DNA of 59,949 nt, counting the filler, from a bacterium (GTDB taxonomy: Bacteria > RUG730): NCBI GenBank assembly GCA_031551405.1. It is 2 parts of 2 records of this genome, joined end to end, with 100 filler letters (N's around TTAATTAATTAA, not from the genome) between each part and the next. Parts side by side here need not be neighbours in the genome. Positions count along the whole stretch, not along the records: positions 1 to 31,085 come from JAVBNQ010000014.1; 1 more part is not named here. One strand, given 5' to 3'. The notes beneath the pieces were generated by a model. It was not told the origin of the DNA. It searched no databases and saw only the letters and a list, made by a program, of their open reading frames with translations. Each line of letters begins with the position of its first letter. Within the stretch, counting starts at the first letter, position 1. This document shows, piece by piece, positions 1-9,539 of the stretch. A program made the translations under genes and the position numbers.

Positions 1-275
1 AATTTTCTCTTTCTCGTGAGATTTTTTTGTTCTTTTTATGAGTTTTTCTTTTTTCTTCTATTTTTAAATGTCTGCATAGTGAAGAGAAGATGGAAAAAAT
101 TGATAAAATCGTTTGAAATTTCTAACTGTTTGAGCCCTCACTTGTGAGTGGCGAGTTTTAGAAATTTAGATTTTTGAGAGTTTTTTCCCTATCTCTGAGG
201 TACAGCAGACTAGCCTTTTTTGTTTATTTTTTGGGCAATGCCAAAAAAGAAAATAAAAATTTGACCAGACTTTCG
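1..275. repeat. Mosaic intergenic repeat, copy A (truncated by the window edge)
   Basis: 1-60 matches 4973-5030 and 61-160 matches ~9165-9260. Contains stem-CTGTTTGAGC-hairpin-GCGAGTT-stem (116-167). Confidence 0.85.
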
Positions 276-509
276 TTTTTCGAAATCCGCAGGCTTTGCC
301 AAAAATGGAAATTTTTAGCTTTATTTTTCTAAAATTTTTGTAAATTTTTATTTTCTTTTTTACAACTTGTTTTTTGAAAAATTTCAATCAATAAAAACAA
401 AACAGTTTCGTTTTTTTTATTGAAAAACCGGTTTTTTTCAGCCTTCACGATGAAAAAAAATGGAATCAATCTAAACTGAATACATTGTTCATTTTGTACA
501 CAACGAACA

Positions 510-1598
510 CTAAAATTTTATGTCAGGGTTATAATAAAAATGTTTTTTTACAATTTTCGCTGGCGTTTTATTGCCTCGGATCAAAACTTCTATTTCCCGT
601 CCAAGCGTCGAGCACTTAGAATCAATCAACCCAAAAGCTATCGTTTTATTCAAGAAAAACGAATACGTTCCACTCGTGACTACACCGATTTTTTGGTCGT
701 CTGCAAAAATTTCGTTTCCTTGACGAGGTATAAATTTTTTGTCGTTTATTTCTAAAGCAATAATTTTTTTTGAAATACCGTTTATTTTCTGAGCTAACAA
801 ACTTTTTTTGCCAATAAAATCAGATTTTTCGAGGTCAATTATAAAATCCAAACCTGCTTCAAGAGGCGAAATCTCCTCGTTCAACTCGTGTCCATAAAGC
901 GGATATCCAGCTTCTAGCCTCAAACTATCTCGCGCTCCAAGTCCACAAATTTTTACTCCTAAATCCTGCATTTTTGTCCAGATTTGAAATATGCGGCTCG
1001 AGCTGTGGGAGAGTACGATTTCAAAGCCAATTTCGCCGGTATAGCCTGTTCTAGCAACGAGAGTATCGGGATTGATCTCAGAAAATTCGAAATATTTCAA
1101 ATTTTTTATGATTTCAAACTCAGTAGGCTCGAAAAGTTGCTGCATTATTTCGAGGCATTTTGGTCCTTGCAAAGCCAAAATTATTCGCGACTTTAATTCG
1201 ATTTTCACGTTAAGAGTATTGTTTTTGTTTAGCCAATCAAAAATTTTTATTTCATTGCCTGCATTTGCAACTACAAAAAATTCGGTTTCAGTTCTTTTGT
1301 AAATAATAATATCGTCTAAAATTCCGGCATTTTCATTACAAAAAACAGAATAAATCGCTTTGAAACAATTTTTGTTGGTTAAATCCGTCGGGACTAGCCT
1401 GTTTAAAAAATCCAGTGCATTTCCGCCTTTCACAGAAAAAAAAGCCATGTGCGAAGCATCAAAAACTCCAACATTATTCCGAACTGCAAAATGTTCATCT
1501 TTGATGCTCGTGACATAAATTGGCATTTCCCAGCCATTAAATTCTGCCATAAAAGCATTCATTTTTTTTATATCGTCGTAAAAAATTGTTTTTTTCAT
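510..1598 (-). CDS. gcvT: Glycine cleavage system aminomethyltransferase T
   Basis: Motifs GWEMP, EHFAVRNNVGVFDASHM, RTGYTGEIGFE, GLGARDSLRLEAGYPLYGHE. Confidence 0.96.
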   Translation of the reverse strand: MKKTIFYDDIKKMNAFMAEFNGWEMPIYVTSIKDEHFAVRNNVGVFDASHMAFFSVKGGNALDFLNRLVPTDLTNKNCFKAIYSVFCNENAGILDDIIIYKRTETEFFVVANAGNEIKIFDWLNKNNTLNVKIELKSRIILALQGPKCLEIMQQLFEPTEFEIIKNLKYFEFSEINPDTLVARTGYTGEIGFEIVLSHSSSRIFQIWTKMQDLGVKICGLGARDSLRLEAGYPLYGHELNEEISPLEAGLDFIIDLEKSDFIGKKSLLAQKINGISKKIIALEINDKKFIPRQGNEIFADDQKIGVVTSGTYSFFLNKTIAFGLIDSKCSTLGREIEVLIRGNKTPAKIVKKHFYYNPDIKF

Positions 1599-1599
1599 C

Positions 1600-2049
1600 T
1601 CAAATATTTTCTAATTCAAACATTTTTTCTATGCGTTTTTGATGACGTTCGCCTTCAAATTCTGTAGAAAGCCACTTGTCGATAATTTTTATGATTTCGA
1701 TGTCATCTAAAACACGTGCTCCTAAACACAAAACATTCGCATTATTGTGTTTTCGAGACATTTCCGCAGTGTACTCGTTGTAACAAAGAGCAGCTCTGAT
1801 TCCATGAATTTTGTTAGCGGCAATGCTCATGCCAATTCCTGTCCCACAAATCAAAATTCCTCGATCAACGATTCCATCTTTTACTTTTAACACAACTTTT
1901 TTTGCAAAATCCGGGTAATCGCAACTTTCTTCAGAATAAGTCCCCTCATCTGAAGCAAGATAACCTTTTTCAGTAAAAATTCGGATGATTTTTTTTTTGA
2001 GATTGAAGCCCGCGTGATCTGATCCGAAAGCTATTTTTAATTTCTCCAT
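1600..2049 (-). CDS. rpiB: Ribose-5-phosphate isomerase B
   Basis: Motifs GSDHAG, CGTGIGMSIAANK, HNNANVL, RHQKRI. Confidence 0.96.
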   Translation of the reverse strand: MEKLKIAFGSDHAGFNLKKKIIRIFTEKGYLASDEGTYSEESCDYPDFAKKVVLKVKDGIVDRGILICGTGIGMSIAANKIHGIRAALCYNEYTAEMSRKHNNANVLCLGARVLDDIEIIKIIDKWLSTEFEGERHQKRIEKMFELENI

Positions 2050-2062
2050 GATTATTCTCGCT

Positions 2063-2806
2063 TTAAGATAATTTCACGATATCTGTAAAATCTGCGACTT
2101 TTAAGCTCGCTCCACCGACGAGGCCACCGTCTACGTTTTCACATGCCATCAATCCTTGGATCGTCGCCGGGCTCACACTTCCGCCGTACAAAATTCGGAT
2201 ATCGTCAGCAGATTTTTGGCTGTAAAGACTTGCGATTTTCTTTCGAATGAAAGCGTGAACTTCTTCAGCTTCAGCTGGCGAAGCAGTTTTTCCAGTGCCA
2301 ATCGCCCAGACAGGTTCGTAAGCTATCACTAAATTTTGCAAATCAACGCCATTCAATCCGTCGACAAGCTGTTTATTGATAACGTCGAAAGTTTTGTTTC
2401 CTTCTCGTTCAGACAAAGTTTCTCCAACACAAAGTATCACTTTCAAGCCTTTTGAAAGAGCAAGCTTTGTTTTTTTGTTAATAATATCGTCAGTTTCTCC
2501 AAAATATGCACGTCTCTCAGAATGCCCTAAAATTACGTAATCGCAGCCTGCGTCAAGAAGCATGTCGACAGAAATTTCGCCGGTATAAGCGCCGGATTCA
2601 GCGTAGCTGCAATTTTGTGCACCAAGCATAATATTTGTTCCGGAAACGATTTCTTTGACCTTTGCGAGCGCTGTAAATGGTGGACAAAGCAAAACGTCCT
2701 TGCCATTAATTTCTTTCAAATTTTCTGTCAATCCTTTCGTTAAATCAGCTGCCTCAGAAATTCGTTTGTTCATCTTCCAATTGCCTGCTAAAAACGGTTT
2801 TCTCAT
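2063..2806 (-). CDS. tpiA: Triosephosphate isomerase
   Basis: Motifs AGNWKMN, GHSERR, AYEPVWAIGTG, LVGGASL. Confidence 0.98.
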   Translation of the reverse strand: MRKPFLAGNWKMNKRISEAADLTKGLTENLKEINGKDVLLCPPFTALAKVKEIVSGTNIMLGAQNCSYAESGAYTGEISVDMLLDAGCDYVILGHSERRAYFGETDDIINKKTKLALSKGLKVILCVGETLSEREGNKTFDVINKQLVDGLNGVDLQNLVIAYEPVWAIGTGKTASPAEAEEVHAFIRKKIASLYSQKSADDIRILYGGSVSPATIQGLMACENVDGGLVGGASLKVADFTDIVKLS

Positions 2807-2916
2807 TTGGATTCTCCTATATTAATTTAATAATTTAAAAAAACTGCAGATTTTCTGCGAGGGACAAAATTTTAAGTGAATAATGAGATTTTTTAATAAG
2901 CCTTGAAATAAGGTGA

Positions 2917-3774
2917 CTAAAATTCCAAATTCTGTAAAAGATTTTCAAGTTCTTCTATCGACGAAAATTTAAGCTTTATGCCGCCTGCGATTTGATTATT
3001 TCGAGTTGCTTTTACGCTAAGCGTCATATTTTTTTCGCCGAATTTTTCATCAAATTTTTCTCGCAAAATTTTCAAATAATTTTGCATGGCTTCGTCGTAT
3101 TCTTTTTCTTTAAAATTTTCAAAATGTTTAATTTTTTTCTCGATTTCTATGACTGACAAATCTTTTGCTACAATTTCAAACGCAATTTTTTCTCTGGCGT
3201 CAAGATTTTCTATTGACAAAAGAGTTCTAGCTTTGACAGGACTAATTTTGTTTTCGCGAATATGTTTTTTTATGTTTTCCGATAGCTGCAGAAGTCGCAA
3301 AGTATTTGTGATATACGACCGACTTTTTTGGACGTGTTTTGAGAACTCATCTTGTGTGTAATGATATTTTTTTATGAGCTCATCATAAGTCTCGGCTTCT
3401 TCAATGACATTCAAGTCTTCTCGCTGGAGATTTTCTACAAGCGCAATTTCGAGTCGCTCGTTTTCGTTATAATTTTTGATAACCGCAGGAATTTTCGTGA
3501 GCCCGGCAATGATCGAAGCCTTGAGTCTTCTCTCTCCTGCAATCAAAAAATATTCGTCTTTGTCATCGGATTTTACAACAATAATCGGCTGTATAACTCC
3601 TCGCATCTTGATTGATTCGGCTAGTTCTTTCAATTTTTCTTGATCAAAAATTTTGCGAGGTTGGTATTTTCCTGCTTTTATTTTTTCAACTTCGATCTCT
3701 GAAATATTTTTATTTTTATCGATTTCCGTCCAGCCCGGGATGATCGCTTCTAATCCTTTGCCAAGTCCAGCCAT
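2917..3774 (-). CDS. parB: Chromosome partitioning protein ParB/Spo0J
   Basis: GLGKGLEA N-terminus, QPR, AGERRLKA, ENLQREDL, HTH KSRSYITNTLRLL; directly downstream of parA. Confidence 0.95.
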   Translation of the reverse strand: MAGLGKGLEAIIPGWTEIDKNKNISEIEVEKIKAGKYQPRKIFDQEKLKELAESIKMRGVIQPIIVVKSDDKDEYFLIAGERRLKASIIAGLTKIPAVIKNYNENERLEIALVENLQREDLNVIEEAETYDELIKKYHYTQDEFSKHVQKSRSYITNTLRLLQLSENIKKHIRENKISPVKARTLLSIENLDAREKIAFEIVAKDLSVIEIEKKIKHFENFKEKEYDEAMQNYLKILREKFDEKFGEKNMTLSVKATRNNQIAGGIKLKFSSIEELENLLQNLEF

Positions 3775-3787
3775 TTTGCCTCCACAA

Positions 3788-4561
3788 TTACACGAGATAT
3801 TTTGGGAAATTCATGATTTCTTTTGCGAGTTCGAGATAAGCTTGCGCTCCGCTGCTTGCAATGTCGTACGTTAAAATCGGGCGTCCAAAACTTGGAGCTT
3901 CTGCGAGTTTAATATTTCGAGGGATTATAGTCTTGCAAACTTTTTTGGGGAAATATTTTTTGACGTTTTCAATCACGTCTTTGCTCAAATTTACTCTGGA
4001 ATCGTACATTGTCATGACGACGCCTTCGATTTCCAGCGTATGATTTAAGTATTCTTTGACTGCTTTTATCGTGTTCAAAAGTTGCCCCAAACCCTCCAAT
4101 GCATAATACTCACATTGTATTGGTATCAAGACTTGATCTGAGGCAGTTAAACTGTTGATTGTAAGCATTCCAAGCGATGGCGGGCAATCAATGATAATGT
4201 AGTCATAAAGTTCTCGGATTGACTCGAGAGCTTGTTTTAAGATAAATTCACGTTTATTCATAGAAATTATTTCGATTTCTGCGCCAACGAGATTAATAGA
4301 CGATGGAGCTATATCTAACCATTCGATTTCAGTTTCTGAAACTACGTTTTCGATCGTTTTTTGGCCAGTCAAAACATTATAAATAGAGGACTTAATTTCT
4401 TCTTTTTTTATGCCAAAACCGCTGGTTGAGTTGGCTTGAGAATCCATATCGATTAGAAGTGTTTCTGCTCCGAGATTTGCCAGACTTGCAGCCAAGTTGA
4501 CGCTAGTAGTCGTTTTCCCGACACCGCCTTTTTGGTTTGCAATTGTGATAATCGTGGCCAT
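3788..4561 (-). CDS. parA: Chromosome partitioning ATPase ParA/Soj
   Basis: Deviant Walker A NQKGGVGKTTT, IIDCPPSLG, IPRNIKLAEAPSFG. Confidence 0.96.
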   Translation of the reverse strand: MATIITIANQKGGVGKTTTSVNLAASLANLGAETLLIDMDSQANSTSGFGIKKEEIKSSIYNVLTGQKTIENVVSETEIEWLDIAPSSINLVGAEIEIISMNKREFILKQALESIRELYDYIIIDCPPSLGMLTINSLTASDQVLIPIQCEYYALEGLGQLLNTIKAVKEYLNHTLEIEGVVMTMYDSRVNLSKDVIENVKKYFPKKVCKTIIPRNIKLAEAPSFGRPILTYDIASSGAQAYLELAKEIMNFPKYLV

Positions 4562-4674
4562 TTTGTCCTCAAAATAAGTAAATTTGAAAGATGTTTTTAG
4601 TTTTGTTTTATCTCTAAAAATTCCGATGTAATTTTTTTAAAACCCCATCATGAAGGAAAGCGGAAAAATTTTTG

Positions 4675-5122
4675 TTTCAAGGCCACGTGTTTTTGTATTT
4701 TCAAAACTTTTTTATCTTTCCGTCCACGTGTTGAAATTTTCAGTTTTCCCGCGCGAGGCGTTCTTTTTTCTCGAAAAACCAACTCCAAAGCCGTAGATTT
4801 TTCGAGCTTTCCCTAGGCTTTTCCTCGCAAAACTCGCTTCATTCCGTTTCGCTCATACAGTTGCGAGCAAGGTTTTCTTATTTAATCCCCACCTAATTTT
4901 TTTGTTCCTTCCTAAATTTTTTTGGTCTACTTTTAGGAGCCTACAGACGATAAATTTTAAAAACCTTGTTTAAATTTTCTCTTTCTCGTGAGATTTTTTA
5001 GTTCTTTTTATGGGTTTTTCTTTTTTCTTCTTTTTTCAATCGCAAAACCCAAAATCCAAAATCCTTTTGTTTTACGGCTCGAAAAATCTTTTTTTGACTT
5101 GAATAGAATTTTATTAGGTCTA
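4675..5122. repeat. Mosaic intergenic repeat, copy B
   Basis: Core 4760-4890 is near-identical to 8895-9030 and to the reverse complement of 31186-31320. The right end GACTTGAATxGAATTTTATTAGGT is shared with ~9503-9526. Confidence 0.9.
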
Positions 5123-5162
5123 AGCCACATTTTTAATCAAAAAAAACTTTCAGCAAAACTTG

Positions 5163-7499
5163 TTAGATGACGACAATCCCAGGGATGTTTTCAGCGCCGC
5201 AAGCATCACATCTATCCAAAACTCCTCGAATCATTTTGTGACAAGAATTACAAATCGTGAACTCCGGTGAAACCGTAATTTGCGCAGCATTCGTGTTTTC
5301 CCAGGTTTTTTTGACAAGATTCATGATCGACTCAGGCGACGGTTTTTCCTCACCAATAAACGCATGAATTATTGCACCGGCTGCGATCAAGGAATGAAAT
5401 TTGCTTTGTTTCGCGATTCTTTCGACGATCGGAATATCCATGTCCGGCGCAAAATGAATGCTGTTTGTGTAATAAAAAGCATCGTTTTCAATGTCCCCTT
5501 TCACATATTTTATGCTCTCAGGATATTCTTTCACATCGACTTTCGCAAGTCTTCGCGCTGCTGATTCAGCCGGGGATTCCTCGAGAACAAATTTTAGGTT
5601 ATATTTTTTCGCGGATTCATTGATTTTCAAAAACATACTTGAAATAATTTTGAGTCCGAGTTTAAACGCTGCGTCGCTTTCGTGCAATTGTTCGCCTATC
5701 AAATACTCAACGCACTCATTCAGCCCAAGCATACCGATGATGTAGCTGGCTTTGTCTAAATCAACGTAAGGGAATCCGTCGAGACTCGGTTTCCCGATTT
5801 GCCAAAGCGGTAATCCTTTTTTTGACATAAGTTGCTCGATAAAACGTCTCTTCTCAAAATGCGCCTCGATGCACATATCCATACTTTCCATTATGTCTTT
5901 TATGGTTCCCTCGATATTTCCCTTGCCGGCTCTGTAAGCGGCTTGAGGTAAGTTTATCGTGATATTTTGGAAACCGCAAAAACGCATACTTTCAGGCTTT
6001 TTTACCATTCTGTGATCGTATTCATCGGACAAATCCAGAGTAGTCCTCAGCCTGCAGCATTGCGATAACGTCACCGCATCTCTGTCAAAAACAAAGTACG
6101 GGGAACCATTTTCACTCGATATTTGGCAAGCAAGTTCGAGAATTTCGTATTGTTTCGGATCATTGAAAGTGTCCTCGTTGATATGCAAATCCATTTTTGG
6201 AAACTCGAAAACATGCCCGTTTGCGTCGCCACGTCTCCAAACTTCCATCAAAGCTTTTGCAAAATCTTGAGTCTCTTTTTCGTATTCGCTGTAATTTTTT
6301 CCGGTATATTTCCCGCCTGGTCCGATAGCAGGAACATCTTTGAGATAAACCGGAATCCCGGTGTGAATGTTGAAGTCAATAAATAACGTTTGTCCGCCTC
6401 GAGAAAAAGCGTTTTGTGCACAACTGAAAATTAAATATTGAGCTTCCTGAATCAATTCATCATGATTTTTTCCGACGAGATATGGCGCGTAGGCAATATT
6501 AGTGTACGCAATTCCTAAAGCTCCGGCGTAATAAGCCTGCATCGACGCCAAAAACGTGTTCAAATGTCCGGTCAAAGTGTGCGCGTGTTTTGCAGGTTTT
6601 GAGATAATATTTAAATTTTCGAGTTCAAGCCCAAATTTTTTGATGTATTCGAGTGAGTGTGTAGAACAATAAACTCTCGTCGGGTATCCAAGATCGTGTA
6701 GATGAATACGTCCTTTGAGATGCGCGTCGGCAATTTCTTTCGAGAAAATATGACTGAGAGCGTATTGTTTTAAAACATTTTCCGCAATTGCCAAATTCAC
6801 AGCTTCCGGATTATTTGCGGCCAAATTACTGTTTTCCTGAGTTTTGGAAAAAATCAATTCCTCGAGATTATAAAGCGGCATACCAATGCTTTTATGTTTT
6901 TGAAGCTTACTTCCGAGTCCCATCACGAGTAATTCATTATCGATCAATTCTCGAATCAAGCTTGTGCTCACTTGCTTTAAATTCGAGTTTAGAATTTTTT
7001 TCTCGACTTTTTGCGCGACCTCGTAAGAAATATCCGGATCAAGCCCGGCTTCTTTAACGAGAGAGTCCATAATTTTTATTTTGTCCCAAGACTGGAGTTT
7101 TGATTCCGCTTCAGTCACAACTAACAGTGAAATATCAGTGGAATCTGATTCGTCGTATCCGGAAATTTTTACTTTCAAATTTTTCCTGGCTTCTTCTTTT
7201 AGATTTTGAGAATTAACGTATGCTTTTGCTGTAAATTTAAATCCGTTCTCGAGCAAAACATTTTCCATCGCTTCTCCAACAGCGCTTGCAGTCAAAGTTT
7301 CTCCGGGCAAAAATTTCGCTTTCAATTTTTCTTCGACTAAGTCCGCAAGTTTTTGGCAAGTTTTATCATCGAGCTTGTCTATAATTTTCCCAAGTTCTGA
7401 AAAAACTTTTACGATTTTATTTTTATCGTATTCGACGATACGTCCGTCACGTTTTTTAATGGAAAAAAAACATTTTTTGTAATTATTAAAGACCTGCAT
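5163..7499 (-). CDS. nrdD: Anaerobic (class III) ribonucleoside-triphosphate reductase with two ATP cones; lacks the C-terminal glycyl-radical motif
   Basis: ATP cone IKKRDGRIVEYDKNKI, a second cone QSWDKIKI, HLHDLG..YC, thiyl-radical loop SQCCRL, EESPAES, YYTNS, Zn ribbon CNSC..CDAC. Ends at GIVVI* with no RxxGY. Confidence 0.9.
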   Translation of the reverse strand: MQVFNNYKKCFFSIKKRDGRIVEYDKNKIVKVFSELGKIIDKLDDKTCQKLADLVEEKLKAKFLPGETLTASAVGEAMENVLLENGFKFTAKAYVNSQNLKEEARKNLKVKISGYDESDSTDISLLVVTEAESKLQSWDKIKIMDSLVKEAGLDPDISYEVAQKVEKKILNSNLKQVSTSLIRELIDNELLVMGLGSKLQKHKSIGMPLYNLEELIFSKTQENSNLAANNPEAVNLAIAENVLKQYALSHIFSKEIADAHLKGRIHLHDLGYPTRVYCSTHSLEYIKKFGLELENLNIISKPAKHAHTLTGHLNTFLASMQAYYAGALGIAYTNIAYAPYLVGKNHDELIQEAQYLIFSCAQNAFSRGGQTLFIDFNIHTGIPVYLKDVPAIGPGGKYTGKNYSEYEKETQDFAKALMEVWRRGDANGHVFEFPKMDLHINEDTFNDPKQYEILELACQISSENGSPYFVFDRDAVTLSQCCRLRTTLDLSDEYDHRMVKKPESMRFCGFQNITINLPQAAYRAGKGNIEGTIKDIMESMDMCIEAHFEKRRFIEQLMSKKGLPLWQIGKPSLDGFPYVDLDKASYIIGMLGLNECVEYLIGEQLHESDAAFKLGLKIISSMFLKINESAKKYNLKFVLEESPAESAARRLAKVDVKEYPESIKYVKGDIENDAFYYTNSIHFAPDMDIPIVERIAKQSKFHSLIAAGAIIHAFIGEEKPSPESIMNLVKKTWENTNAAQITVSPEFTICNSCHKMIRGVLDRCDACGAENIPGIVVI

Positions 7500-7598
7500 T
7501 ATTGCTCCTATTTTTTCTATGCAATCGATTTATTTTAAGTTGATATATCGATGAGTTTTATTAAAAAAATCGTTGGATTTTTGTATTTTATTCGCTTT

Positions 7599-8738
7599 TT
7601 ATTTCCAGTTTATAATATGTTTTTCAAGAGTTGCGACGCCTTTCCCAAGTTCTACTTTTGCGCCTAGCTCAGTCAAAATCATTTCGATAGCAGAAATCCC
7701 TATCACCAAATCGAATCTTTCCATGTAACCCATGTGTGCTAATCTGAAAATTTTGCCTTTCATCTCGAGCTGCCCGCCGGCTATGCTTACACCGTATTTT
7801 TCGCGCAAAATTTTGACAATTTTGCCGCCTTCGAGGTTTTCAGGCACTTTAACGGCTGTGACGACGTTCGATGGAGCTTGGCTGAAAAGCTCGAGCCCAA
7901 GAGATTTGACAGCTTCTTGAACAGCTTTAGCCATGTTCGCGTGTCTTTGCCAAACATTTTCCATGCCTTCGCTCAAAATAATATTCAGAGCTTCATCGAG
8001 TCCGGAAATCAGTGAAACCGGCGGAGTAAAAGGTGTCTCTCCGTCAGGCAATTTCTTCTTGTATTTTTTTAAGTCAAAATAGAATTTTGGAAGATCTGAT
8101 TTTTCCGCTAAATCCCAGGCTTTCTGGTTCAAGCTAATAAATGCTAATCCAGGAGGAATCATGAATCCTTTTTGTGAACCAGAAACAACAACGTCTATTC
8201 CCCATTCGTCGGTTTTCATTTCTTCTCCGACGAGGCCGCTGATCGTATCAACAACAAGAACAGCGCTAGTTTGATTAGTGATTTTTGCAATACCTTTGAT
8301 GTCGTTCAAAGTTCCGGTTGACGTCTCAGTCAATGTAGTAAAAACTGCGACTGTATCTTTATTCAAATCTAAGGCTTCTTTGAGTCTGGCAAGATTCACA
8401 GCTTTTCCATATTCTTCTTTCAACACGATTGGTTCGAGCCCGGCAGCTTTCAAAATATTCGTCCATCTAGCGCCGAAAACACCTGTGTCGAGAACGATTG
8501 CTTTGCTATTTTTGGAGAGCAAATTGAAACAAGCAGCTTCCATAGCTCCGGTACCTGAAGACGACAAAATTAAAACATCGTTTTGTGTGCAAAAAACTTT
8601 TTTCAAGTTATCTTTTACACGGTTAAAAATTTGGCTGAATTCGCTCGTTCTGTGATGAAGAATTGGCAGAGCTTCTTTTGCCAAAACTTCGGCTGGAACA
8701 GGCGTTGGTCCAGGAGTTAACAAGTACTTTTTTTTCAT
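7599..8738 (-). CDS. Class V PLP-dependent aminotransferase (alanine/serine-glyoxylate aminotransferase family)
   Basis: Motifs LLTPGPTPVP, SGTGAMEA, ETSTG, VDTIS, SGSQKG (PLP lysine), FRLAHMG. Confidence 0.92.
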   Translation of the reverse strand: MKKKYLLTPGPTPVPAEVLAKEALPILHHRTSEFSQIFNRVKDNLKKVFCTQNDVLILSSSGTGAMEAACFNLLSKNSKAIVLDTGVFGARWTNILKAAGLEPIVLKEEYGKAVNLARLKEALDLNKDTVAVFTTLTETSTGTLNDIKGIAKITNQTSAVLVVDTISGLVGEEMKTDEWGIDVVVSGSQKGFMIPPGLAFISLNQKAWDLAEKSDLPKFYFDLKKYKKKLPDGETPFTPPVSLISGLDEALNIILSEGMENVWQRHANMAKAVQEAVKSLGLELFSQAPSNVVTAVKVPENLEGGKIVKILREKYGVSIAGGQLEMKGKIFRLAHMGYMERFDLVIGISAIEMILTELGAKVELGKGVATLEKHIINWK

Positions 8739-8851
8739 TTTTGCTCCTTTTTAAATTTTTTTGCCTTCACGACTGAAAAGCAAGAAATTAGGTGGAAAAA
8801 TTTAGAGAATTTATATTTTGTTTTTTTTTGCTCAAAATTTTGTTTTTTCAT

Positions 8852-9527
8852 CTCAAGTCCACGCGTTTTTATGCTCGAAATCTCGTGTGTGGCATTCTTT
8901 TTTCTCGAAAAACCAACTCCAAAGCCGTAGTTTTTTCGAGCTTTTCCTAGGCTTTTTCTCGCAAAACTCGCTTCATTCCATTTCGCTCATACAAATTGCG
9001 AGCAAGGTATTTTTACTTTTCACCCCCGCCAGTTCTTCTGCCCCTTCCTAAAGTTTTCCTGTCTGCTTTTAGGCGTCTACAAACGCTAAATTTTAAAAAC
9101 CCTTGTTTAAATCTTCTAATTTTCGCGAGATTTTTTTGTTTTTTAATTTTTTTTATTTTGTCTTTTTTAAAATGTCTGCATAGCGAAGAGAAGTTGGAAA
9201 AAATTAAAAAAAGCGTTAAAAATTTTCAACTGTTTGAGCCCAATTTTTTGTGGCGAGTTTTGGTCGCTAGCGCGACTCGCAATTTTTCGCGGCTCCGTTA
9301 TTAAATTTTAAAATTTAAACTTTTTGACTCTGCTAAGCATAGCCGTCACGCAGTGACCGAGCAAAGAAAAGTAACAAATAAATTTGATAAACTTTTGGTC
9401 AAAAGCAAGATGACTGTCTTCAGAGTTCGACGGAAAATTTAAAAGTTTTTAAAAACACAAAAACCAAATTCTTTCGTTTTCCAGCTCGAAATTTTTTTTA
9501 TCGACTTGAATGGAATTTTATTAGGTG
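8852..9527. repeat. Mosaic intergenic repeat, copy C (longest)
   Basis: Shares blocks with 4675-5122, 1-275 and 31186-31448. Carries the TGAGC...GCGAGTT module on both strands (8958-9002 minus, 9230-9259 plus). Confidence 0.9.
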
Positions 9528-9539
9528 TTAGTCCCTTTT

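Noticed and set aside
4680-4735. CACGTG-containing sites upstream of parA as parS
   Set aside because: They do not form the 16-bp TGTTTCACGTGAAACA palindrome and belong to the repeat family.
166-9304. Short ORFs 166-387, 4988-5170, 8818-9051, 8996-9304 (and 31134-31515) with mutual similarity
   Set aside because: They are translations of the non-coding repeat family: low-complexity F/K-rich frames, not conserved in frame between copies.
4675-9527. Repeats as a CRISPR array
   Set aside because: Copies are dispersed, hundreds of nt long and not separated by regular unique spacers; no cas genes.
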